From Octopus bimaculoides (Eukaryota): 56,280 bases of DNA. The position numbers and the translations under genes were made by a program. Below the pieces are notes generated by a model. It searched no databases. It was given only the letters and a program-made list of their open reading frames with translations, and was not told the DNA's origin. The stretch is from NCBI RefSeq assembly GCF_001194135.2, contig NC_068985.1:90275011-90331290 (forward strand), read 5' to 3'. Below, piece after piece: positions 11,050 through 21,572 of the stretch (positions are counted from its first letter, which is position 1; each line of letters starts with the position of its first letter).

Positions 11050-11315
11050 ATTATTTATTTATTTATGGGTTTCAGCCAAGTGGTTGTGGTCATGCTGGAG
11101 CACCACCGTGATTTTCTGTCTTTATGCTTTGCTCTCTTCACGTTCCTTGCATGTCTCTTCTCCTGCACCTGATATAGTCCAATCAAGAGTTTTGATGGCA
11201 CATCTGGTGTATAAGAGAATTTGACATCGCTGCCCTAAACTGTGTCTCATTTCGAGCCATTGGTTCGTCTGGTATCGTGGAGAGGAAAGCGTCCAGCTTT
11301 GTCTTGAAGACCTCC
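11050..11315 (-). mobile_element. 3' end of a CR1-like LINE (ORF2 C-terminus, 3' UTR and tail), cut by a gap
   Basis: Minus strand reads EVFKTKLDAFLSTIPDEPMARNETQFRAAMSNSLIHQ, the typical invertebrate CR1-group end FKxxLDxFLxxxPDEP...RAAxSNSL. The tail GGTGGTGCTCCAGCATGACCAC...GGCTGAAACCC(ATAA)n follows. Confidence 0.8.
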
Positions 11316-12081
11316 NNNNNNNNNNNNNNNNNNNNNNNNNNNNNNNNNNNNNNNNNNNNNNNNNNNNNNNNNNNNNNNNNNNNNNNNNNNNNNNNNNNNN
11401 NNNNNNNNNNNNNNNNNNNNNNNNNNNNNNNNNNNNNNNNNNNNNNNNNNNNNNNNNNNNNNNNNNNNNNNNNNNNNNNNNNNNNNNNNNNNNNNNNNNN
11501 NNNNNNNNNNNNNNNNNNNNNNNNNNNNNNNNNNNNNNNNNNNNNNNNNNNNNNNNNNNNNNNNNNNNNNNNNNNNNNNNNNNNNATATATATGTATATA
11601 TGTATGTATGTATATATATATATATATGTATATATATACATATATATAAACATATATATTAAAGTTTAATTTTGTTTATAGAAACACTCACTGCCTCTTC
11701 TCCACCTCACCCATCCACCACCTACCCGCATTCAAATCCTAAAAGAACTCAATGTTTCAGGTTCGACTGTTGATTCACACATGCGTATTGAACACCAGAC
11801 CTAAAAAAGATTAGAGCACCGTCAGAAAACCCGACATGCTAGAAATAACAGACACACGACATTATTTCTGGAGAAATTTCTCCGCTTTCAAAAAGCTAAA
11901 AGTGAATTATTGCAAATTTGTATTTCTTTCAAAGTAGTGAGGTCATGGAAAGATATTTAGGAAGGAAATGTTAGTGCTGCCTTAAGAAAAAAAATAAAGA
12001 AAAGAAAACAAATTTAAAGGTTCGTACTGTATTTTTTTTTTCTCCGGGCAATTATGGAGTGAATTTTTAGGACTTATAACT

Positions 12082-12440
12082 CTATAATGTGTTTCTATCC
12101 TTCTTTAATACCGGTTCCCATATGCTGTTCATATCTGCACTTGGTCTTCTGAGGAAATTGTTGTGTCCTAGCTTATCTGCTGCTTTTTTAGTGTTCGTAT
12201 TTTCCAGTGGTGTTCTCTGTCTTTTATTTTAAATTCATTCCACAGGCGGAGGTGGTCTCCATTTTTACATACATGATCAGCTATACACTCGATTTATCAA
12301 TATCACCTGGTGTCACAGCTTTGCGATGTGCCTCTAACCTTTTTTAAGGGGCGGCGTGTTTCGTCTTTGTATAACCTACCACAGCTGCATGGGATGGAGT
12401 ACAGGCAGTGTTTGGTTATATACTCTTCTATTGGTAGTTT
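12082..12440 (-). mobile_element. Penelope-like element fragment, GIY-YIG endonuclease C-terminus
   Basis: Minus strand, with frameshifts, reads HCLYSIPCSCGRLYKDETRRPLK / LEAHRKAV..GDIDKS..ADHV.KNGDHLRLWNEFKIKDREHHWKIRTLK / AADKLGHNNFLRRPSADMNSIWEPVLKK. This is the Penelope GIY-YIG pattern YxIPCxCGxxYxGET.R.L..R..EH. Confidence 0.85.
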
Positions 12441-12775
12441 GTGTATATTTATATATACGCGTGTGTTTGTGCGTGGTGTGCGTATGTGTGTGTTTGTGCG
12501 TGGTGTGCGTATGTGTGTGTTCGTGCATCTTTGCGCGTCTCTGCTTGTCCGTTACCACAACTTGGCAACAAGTGTTGGCGTATATACGTCCTCTTCACTT
12601 AGGTATTCTGCAAAAGTGACTCTGTGCGTCACTTTTGCAGAATACCTAAGTGAAAGGGACGTACCAATGCGAGACTTACAAACGAATGTACTGCGGTTGG
12701 TGGGACCGAATAAAGTCATCAAGTCAATGCCTGAGCAGGACCGCAGTCCAATTAACAGAAAGAAGTAGCTGACAT
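12440..12775 (+). mobile_element. SINE family B, 3' half, carrying an internal fold-back
   Basis: (TG)-rich internal tract, then CTTGGCAACAAGTGTTGGCGTATATACGTCC...CTTAG, GACTTACAAACGAAT and a degenerate GAGCAGGACCGCAGTCC tail. Confidence 0.65.
12585..12663. repeat. Inverted repeat: 27-bp perfect stem (36 bp with one mismatch and one G-T), 7-nt loop
   Basis: 12594-12620 TTCACTTAGGTATTCTGCAAAAGTGAC is the exact reverse complement of 12628-12654. Confidence 0.97.
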
Positions 12776-12884
12776 TAAAAAAAAAATGATAAAATTATAA
12801 TTGCATTATTGCTGTGTATTTTTTTGTCTTTTATTTTCTTCTACAGACGGGTCACTCTCATTGTGCACTGTCATAATAACCAAA

Positions 12885-13099
12885 AATAGTTATCCCTTGA
12901 ATATCGCGGTTGTTACGTTCCAAAACCCCTCGCGGCAGGGGAAAATCCGTGAAGAAGAAACAGTACTGTACTGTATATATTTTTCAGCATTATTTTTATA
13001 ATTTGTATATATTTATTTTATTATAAATTCAAAACAATACCACGGAGGAATCGACGTACGCTTAAATAATGAACCGTGATATTGCGAGGGACTTCTGTA
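12885..13099. mobile_element. Tigger/pogo-like MITE (about 215 bp)
   Basis: Imperfect TIRs: left TAGTTATCCCTTGAATATCGCGGTT; right AACCGTGATATTGCGAGGGACTTCTG+TA. They resemble the Tigger-type TIR CAGxxxTCCCTCGxxTATCGCGGTT. No ORF. Confidence 0.65.
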
Positions 13100-14249
13100 G
13101 ACACAACCCATCATGTCATTGGACTTTTCTTTTATATTTTATATTATTTGAAATACATGTAGATATTTATAATATTTGTATATAACAAGCGCATAATCTT
13201 TTACAGTGAAAGCTGTGATGCACAACTTGAAATATTTATAGTGTGTAAAATATCTCATAGAATAATATTGTGTTTCAGTTTAAGTAACTAACAGCACATA
13301 AATTATTTTGAAACACTTGATAAAACGTTGTGTGATATGAAGAGTTGTTGACAAAGTAGATATTTATTGTTGTTGGGAGAATGTTTAAGCAACGGCATTT
13401 GACAGCTATACCGTGAAGACCTTCAACGTGTAATTGTTAGATTTCTCCATGTCTCATTAAATTCTGTAGAAATACCGTGAAGTGAATAACAAATAATATA
13501 TCAATTGTATTATTATGCAATAAAACGTTAGAGAATTTTAAAAATCAACAGTAATTATTCTAATAAAGTCTTCTCACCATTGAGACTATTTCACCACCAC
13601 ACAATTTTGTCCACCATAACCAACTGGCAGAGAAAGGATTATCTTTTGTCTTTCTTAGATGAAGATGGTAATACGATTTCCACAATGTTTCTTATTGACT
13701 CTCGGCACAAAACCAAAAAAAACTTGGGGCCATTGAGTGAATAGTTATCCTGGCACGAAGTTGACTGGGAAATATTTTTTTCTCTTCCACAAATCCTCGA
13801 GTGTTTGCTATCAAATTTGTATCAAGCAACTTTTATTCGCCAGCGTTGAGAGATAATATGGTAGTCCTGGTTGTGACCATGATGACCTAATATTTTTTTT
13901 TCCTTTGCAAATGAGGACGATACATCCTTTTTGGGAAAGCTGCATGCTGGATATAGATTTGCTGCTAGAAAGTAAAATTTACTTGGTCTTTTGGGTCCCA
14001 AATTATCACAGGTTTTTTTTTTCCTTATCAAAATTGCAACAACACCGAGATCGATTCCTTTAACAAGAGGGACCATTTAGTAATTTCTTTTGCTAGGTTT
14101 TTAACTGATAAATCTTCTTTCTTCAAACTTTATGAACGTTAATTCATTTAGAACAATGTGGAAGATGATATAGTTGGCGTAATATGTAGAGAACATCGGT
14201 GAAACATAGGTATGCTAGAGTGCATAGGGTAAAACGGATGCCACTGCAG

Positions 14250-14310
14250 TTACTACTACTACTACTGCTACTGCTACTACTACTACTACTACTACTACTG
14301 CTTCTGCTGT
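14250..14310. repeat. (CTA)n/(CTG)n array
   Basis: Directly visible. Confidence 0.95.
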
Positions 14311-14369
14311 TGCATGCTATTAATACTATTCTTGTTATTAGATGATGAGCTGACATAATTGTTTGAGGG

Positions 14370-14560
14370 TCGGGAAATGGTTTACACGTATTTACTCAGG
14401 CAGATTTCGTTTCGAGTTCAAATCATACCACAGTAAATTTTGCTCTTCGTTCTTTCGGGGTCGATTAAATAACAACCAATCGAATACTGAAAGTCAATGG
14501 GATCGAATGGTCCGTCTTTCAAAATTGTTTTACTTGTGTCCAAATCACGAAACCCCAATT
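14370..14560 (+). mobile_element. SINE family A, degenerate
   Basis: CGAGTTCAAATC...CTTTCGGGGTCGATTAAATAA...TTGTGTCCAAATCACGAAACC. Confidence 0.65.
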
Positions 14561-14640
14561 ATTAAGGGGAGTTGAACTGCCAGAATCGTTTGGATGTCGG
14601 TATTTCTGAGCACAAAAACTGTTGATTTCATCGAATCTCT

Positions 14641-15433
14641 TATTCTTTTATTCTTTTACTTATTTCAGTCAATTCACTACGGCCATGCTGGAGCATCGCC
14701 TTAGTCCAGCAAATTGACTCCAGGACTTATTCTTTGTAACAGTGGTACTTATTCTATCGGTCCCTTTTGCCGAACCGCTAGGTTACTGGGACGTAAACAC
14801 ACCNNNNNNNNNNNNNNNNNNNNNNNNNNNNNNNNNNNNNNNNNNNNNNNNNNNNNNNNNNNNNNNNNNNNNNNNNNNNNNNNNNNNNNNNNNNNNNNNN
14901 NNNNNNNNNNNNNNNNNNNNNNNNNNNNNNNNNNNNNNNNNNNNNNNNNNNNNNNNNNNNNNNNNNNNNNNNNNNNNNNNNNNNNNNNNNNNNNNNNNNN
15001 NNNNNNNNNNNNNNNNNNNNNNNNNNNNNNNNNNNNNNNNNNNNNNNNNNNNNNNNNNNNNNNNNNNNNNNNNNNNNNNNNNNNNNNNNNNNNNNNNNNN
15101 NNNNNNNNNNNNNNNNNNNNNNNNNNNNNNNNNNNNNNNNNNNNNNNNNNNNNNNNNNNNNNNNNNNNNNNNNNNNNNNNNNNNNNNNNNNNNNNNNNNN
15201 NNNNNNNNNNNNNNNNNNNNNNNNNNNNNNNNNNNNNNNNNNNNNNNNNNNNNNNNNNNNNNNNNTATATATATAGGACGGGCTTCCTCCAGTTTCCATC
15301 TATGAAATCCACTCACGAGGATGTGGTCGGCCCGAGGCTATACTAGAAGAAACTTGTCCAAGGTGCCACGCAATGGGATTGAACCCAGAACCATGTTTGG
15401 AAGCTACTTACCACACAACCACTGCTGCGCCTG
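14641..15433 (-). mobile_element. SINE family B, full length, with assembly gap 14804-15265 at its internal microsatellite
   Basis: Tail (GGCCATGCTGGAGCATCGCC, CCGAACCGCTAGGTTACTGGGACGTAAACAC) lies left of the gap. The tRNA-like head (CCAAGGTGCCACGC...GAACCCAGAACCATG...CTTACCACAC) lies right of it. Confidence 0.9.
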
Positions 15434-15644
15434 CGGATGAATGTAATAAACTGCAGGACAATTCTCTCTACAATCACCGTGTGCCATGTGCTCGAAGAAG
15501 AGAAAGCTTTTTTAATTAGTTATCCAATATAATACTCATTATTAACACCATTATAAATACTAACTTTGACCCATATATAACTGCCTTATCTCTGCACCTT
15601 TTATTGTATTCCTAATAAGCATTCCGCAATATATTCTAAACCCC

Positions 15645-15880
15645 AGAGCGAAGGCGTGTGGCTTGCTACTCAGTGCCGTTGACTCACGGTTGTATGGTCA
15701 TGGGTTTTGTACCCAGGGGTAAGTTGGATCCTTGGGCACGATATTTTATTTAAAGTTACTCTAGCCCTCTGAGGTGGCAGCAATGGGTAGGACTTGTATT
15801 TCAACGGGCTAGCCTTATCATATTCATTGTCACGCTGCATCTCTCAGACATCTCCGTTCATGGTTCTAACACATTGATCC
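15645..15880 (+). mobile_element. SINE family C/D-like, degenerate
   Basis: GAAGGCGTGTGGCTT tRNA-like head. TATTTCAACGGGCTAGCCTTATCA...TGTCACGCTGCATCTC matches the body of the 38520 copy. Confidence 0.6.
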
Positions 15881-16157
15881 GCTTATACAGCGTGATTCTG
15901 CAACTTACTTTTAGCTGTAGCGATTTTGTAGGTTTGATATTTGATTAACACTTATAAGTTTTCATATTCTTTATAAGAACAGTGTTTGTGATATAATATC
16001 AGACCTGCGGCTCTGTTCGAAGTTCTGTGAGATTAGAAGTGTTAGTATATATCAATACACCACAGTGTTTATTGTGATGTGTATAAATGCATAATCACAT
16101 ATATACACTCATGTGTTAATGTGCATGCATATATATGAGTATATGTGTGTGTGACAT

Positions 16158-16190
<33 letters not shown>

Positions 16191-17844
16191 CTGTGTGTAT
16201 GTGTGTATACCTATATACATATACATTCATGTGTGTGTGTGATGTCATCTTGATGCGTAGTAATCCCTTTGTACCATTCCATCCAATTATATTACACAAT
16301 CTTCCTTCAAGACGAATAGACGAAAGACAAGAAAACTTTTGATTTTGAAGTTTGCTAATCTTAAACAATGCACCTAATCACCTAATCACCTCGCTACACT
16401 CAATGTCCTTTTCAGAAGAATTGGAATGCGTTAACTCCGGATCGTGTGTTAGCGATTATAAACAGCAATGTATAGAGTAACAGCAGAGTAAACATAAGGT
16501 GCGTCCTGTGAATGAAACGACGTTAATAATACATAGAAGAAGGAGAATAGATGATTCAAAGGAGAAATGCATAGTAACTTTTATTTCATTTCAAAAGGTA
16601 TTGATTCTTGGAAGCAATTTCATTATTGAATTGAGGCGTGTTGTGTATTTTGGGAGGAGAGATTGCAACCGCAAAAAAAATTCCATTAGTATCATAGCTA
16701 TTTAAATGGAAACATTTTGTAAATTCTCTTAAAGAAAATTAGATTCCATCAAAACTTGAAAGAAAAAAATTGTCTCTTTTTGTTTGAACGATTCAAACTG
16801 CGAACACTAATTCACAACGTTTGTATTAGTTGTGAGACTGCAACTACTATCAGAAATTTACAAGACAAATCACGATGGTATCTCGAAAGCTCTCGTAGAA
16901 GATGATTATCAAAATAGACAGATATTCAATTGCGGTGAAATTTTTATGTTTCTTGTAAATAATGCGTTTTGAAACTTTCTTTGAAAGCAAAAAAATTAAC
17001 TCCAACATTCTTTGTGGTTGTAACAAGAATCCAGTTTATATCTGATGTAAGAGTTACTATGTAAAATGGTATCTTAGAAAAAAAAGCAATGAAGAAATCA
17101 GATGCTGTTACTAAAATGCTAAAGCACACAGCAAGGAAACACTTATGACGAGAGAATAATTTGTAGAATGATCTTTACATTAGATCAAACCAACCGAATG
17201 AATGTTCCTATATTCCTATATTCTATTTATAGTATGAGACTACGCACTTATCAGCCCTTTAAGCTCTATTCAGAAACTGTCAAAATGTCTTCCATGAACT
17301 TCATGGAAATAGAACACAGTTGTTTCATGTTATAGATAAAGACTCGATTTTTATTCGGACGCTTTAGTATGAGATACATTTTTAATATTTATAATGCGTG
17401 TGTAAATATTGCATTAAAAAAATACGATAGCCATGTTGAAACACATGTTAGCGCAATGTTTCAAAAATACGTGGCTGCCTACACTAAGAAGTATGATTCG
17501 TCGAAAGAATGAAACGATTCTTCACTCCAATAACATTTATACTAAGACTGTTGTGGTCTTTCAGAATCTGACTTGAGTTCATATACGTTTGGAATTTATT
17601 TACTCTGTATTAAGAAGCCCTTACGAAGATTGTGATACTAAAATAGTTGTGAAAGTGAAGGACGAATGCAAAAATTTACCGTTTAAAATATTTGATAAAA
17701 TATTACTGAATTTTCAAAACCTAAATCAATCATGCAAATTAATGACATTATCGAATGAAGTTTGGTTATATTGCCAATTCATTAATATTTGAAAACTAAC
17801 TTCGATTTGACGAGGAAGGCAATGCAAATAACTTGTTTTATACA

Positions 17845-18010
17845 TTTATTTGTTTCAATTACTTGTCTGCACCTATGCTATGGCAGCGCCATGACGAATT
17901 TTGGTTAAACCACTCGACTACAATACTTAATTTCAAGCCTGGTTCTTAGTCTGTCGGACTCTTGTGCTAAACCGCTAAGTTACGGCGGAGAAACATCGGA
18001 TATCAAACAC
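17845..18010 (-). mobile_element. SINE family B 3' half, degenerate
   Basis: TTGTGCTAAACCGCTAAGTTACGGCGGAGAAACATCGG matches the family B body. Confidence 0.65.
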
Positions 18011-18220
18011 TGGTAGGCGAGAGAGAGAGGGGGGGAGGATGAGACACACACGCGCACGTTCAAATATATGCACATAAATGCGCGGGTATACACATACACA
18101 CACAAACGAATTCACACACACACGAATGTACACATACACACACGCACACACACACACACACACACACAAATAAATGCAAGCACGCACACGCCTAGGCGCA
18201 CACACACACGTACTTATATA

Positions 18221-18400
18221 CGAGCTGGAAGAATCTTTAGCACGCCGGGCGAAATGCATATCGAGGTCGAATTTGCTTTTCATCCTTTAGGGGTCCATTA
18301 AATAAGTACCAGTAACGCTCTGGGGTTAATGTAATGGACTTAATCCCTTTGTCTTTTTTATTCCGTTTATGTTTAGACACCCTGTGTGCAATAAAGAAAG
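18221..18400 (+). mobile_element. SINE family A with internal deletion and alternative tail
   Basis: GAGCTGGAAGAATCTTTAGCACGCCGGGCGAAATGC jumps to GAGGTCGAATTTGCTTTTCATCC. Tail is ATCCCTTTGTCT...GTGTGCAATAAAGAAA. Confidence 0.85.
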
Positions 18401-18409
18401 AAATATTTA

Positions 18410-18510
18410 TATACAACAAGCTTCTTTCAGTTTCTGATTACAAAAACCACCCCTAAATCTTTGGTCTGCACGATGCTACAGTAGGACACATTTTCTCAAG
18501 TTCTAACATG
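18410..18510 (-). mobile_element. SINE family B 5' fragment, degenerate
   Basis: GCTTCTTTCAGTTTCTG...CTTTGGTC...CTACAGTAGGACACATT. Confidence 0.55.
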
Positions 18511-19388
18511 ACCATCTCGAGATAATGGGGTTCGGAAGATACATCACTTGCCCTCTTTTTATATATGAAGAACTTCGATTTAATATTTTGAATAAAAAAA
18601 CAACTCATTTTTATATCTTTTAGAATTTATGATACACAAGACAAAAGCGGTAGATTAGTAGTAAATTAAACTAGGCAATTACGAAGTCACTGAACTATTT
18701 AATGAATTGTCTTTTTGTTGGTTTATTGTATGTATGTATATATATATATATATATATATNNNNNNNNNNNNNNNNNNNNNNNNNNNNNNNNNNNNNNNNN
18801 NNNNNNNNNNNNNNNNNNNNNNNNNNNNNNNNNNNNNNNNNNNNNNNNNNNNNNNNNNNNNNNNNNNNNNNNNNNNNNNNNNNNNNNNNNNNNNNNNNNN
18901 NNNNNNNNNNNNNNNNNNNNNNNNNNNNNNNNNNNNNNNNNNNNNNNNNNNNNNNNNNNNNNNNNNNNNNNNNNNNNNNNNNNNNNNNNNNNNNNNNNNN
19001 NNNNNNNNNNNNNNNNNNNNNNNNNNNNNNNNNNNNNNNNNNNNNNNNNNNNNNNNNNNNNNNNNNNNNNNNNNNNNNNNNNNNNNNNNNNNNNNNNNNN
19101 NNNNNNNNNNNNNNNNNNNNNNNNNNNNNNNNNNNNNNNNNNNNNNNNNNNNNNNNNNNNNNNNNNNNNNNNNNNNNNNNNNNNNNNNNNNNNNNNNNNN
19201 NNNNNNNNNNNNNNNNNNNNNNNNNNNNNNNNNNNNNNNNNNNNNNNNNNNNNNNNNNNNNNNNNNNNNNNNNNNNNNNNNNNNNNNNNNNNNNNNNNNN
19301 NNNNNNNNNNNNNNNNNNNNNNNNNNNNNNNNNNNNNNNNNNNNNNNNNNNNNNNNNNNNNNNNNNNNNNNNNNNNNNNNNNNNNNNN

Positions 19389-19435
<47 letters not shown>

Positions 19436-20644
19436 AGATTTTTGTGTGCGTGTGCATGTATATATCTATATATACATGCATATAATGTATATAGTTGTGT
19501 GTGCATGTCAGTCTATGTGTTTGTGTGAGTGTGTGTATATGTGTGTGTGCATAGTGTTCTGAAAGTACGAAGATTTCCCTATTTAAATTGTCAGAAGGGA
19601 AGCTTCTTGCACACACGCACATACACTTGTTTATGTGTCTCTGTGTGTAGTGGTTTGTGTGGGTGTTGGTGGGTGTGATATATGTTTCTGTGTATGTGTT
19701 TGTGTGTACTATAAGAACGAATCATGGAAGAGACGACTGACGAGAGTGCAGTTCAGGTGGAAAGATTCTTCAATGTTCTTGCACACATGGAATTACATAT
19801 ATTTTGCCAAATTGACTTAAAGCAAGTCTACATAAAAATAATATACTCCACCTTTCATCTTACATCTAAATACATTAATTCTTGCAACAAAATTTCTCTT
19901 CCTACTAACAAATGGTTTTTCCCATTAATTTAACTAAACCTTAGTGAACAAAAAGACTTTTGGAAGAATTACAACATAAGTCATAGCCAAACCTTGAAGC
20001 AATGCGATAATGACGAAGAATTAAAGAAACTGTCAGAAATGTATCAATAACAGATGGCCACTGAAACATTCTCATGTTGGAATTCGTAATTTTTTCAATG
20101 CACTTACCATCGCAATTATAAAGAATAACACACATACACACGGACGCATATAAGTATGTACGCATGCATGTATGCATATATATATACATATATATATTAT
20201 ATATGTGTATTTGTCTATGTATGTATATATAACAATTTATGAGAGAATACTGACATATGTAGTGTTAGACAATTAAGTCAGACGCCATGTATGTATGCTG
20301 GTATATTTTATCGAACATTGAAGTTGATAGGCAAGGTCTGACTTGACACGATTTGAAACAAGAATGTTATAATCCGAAAAATGACAGACATCACTGAGAT
20401 ACTAATTATGAACATATGTGAAGTATGTAAGAATATGTACAAATTGAAAGATAAAAATGTGGTTTTTTTATGGTAGTCTGACCTTAGAGTCCCTCATAGC
20501 GTGAGGCATTATTGTATAGTAATGCCCTTATATAAATATAAATATATATTTCGGGAATAAATGATGGATTTCTTCCCTTATGAGTTTTTTTCACGCTAGC
20601 TACTTGATAAATTCTTGTAAAAGTATTCGTCCTATTATTGAATC

Positions 20645-20679
<35 letters not shown>

Positions 20680-21531
20680 GCATACATACATACATACATA
20701 CATTCATGCATACATATTTACATGCATACATTCATACACACACACAGACACACACACACACACACACACACATACATATTGTTCAAAAACAATTTGAAAA
20801 ACCTACATGACTAGGTGAAAAGCGCTTCATTTAATATGTGACATTAATAAAAATCTGTAAATGTACAAACATCCAGGTTTCTGAGTACCTTAATTTAATT
20901 TTTTTGTATATAATGTCTGTACNNNNNNNNNNNNNNNNNNNNNNNNNNNNNNNNNNNNNNNNNNNNNNNNNNNNNNNNNNNNNNNNNNNNNNNNNNNNNN
21001 NNNNNNNNNNNNNNNNNNNNNNNNNNNNNNNNNNNNNNNNNNNNNNNNNNNNNNNNNNNNNNNNNNNNNNNNNNNNNNNNNNNNNNNNNNNNNNNNNNNN
21101 NNNNNNNNNNNNNNNNNNNNNNNNNNNNNNNNNNNNNNNNNNNNNNNNNNNNNNNNNNNNNNNNNNNNNNNNNNNNNNNNNNNNNNNNNNNNNNNNNNNN
21201 NNNNNNNNNNNNNNNNNNNNNNNNNNNNNNNNNNNNNNNNNNNNNNNNNNNNNNNNNNNNNNNNNNNNNNNNNNNNNNNNNNNNNNNNNNNNNNNNNNNN
21301 NNNNNNNNNNNNNNNNNNNNNNNNNNNNNNNNNNNNNNNNNNNNNNNNNNNNNNNNNNNNNNNNNNNNNNNNNNNNNNNNNNNNNNNNNNNNNNNNNNNN
21401 NNNNNNNNNNNNNNNNNNNNNNNNNNNNNNNNNNNNNNNNNNNNNNNNNNNNNNNNNNNNNNNNNNNNNNNNGCGAGCGTGCTTGTGTATTAGTGTGTGT
21501 GTGCGTGTGTTTGTGTGTGTGGGTGTGTGTG

Positions 21532-21572
<41 letters not shown>

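Noticed and set aside
17577-17792. 71-codon open frame (SPYEDCDTKIVVKVKDECKNLPFK...)
   Set aside because: No recognisable family and no matching acceptor/donor pair; this length can occur by chance across six frames of 56 kb.
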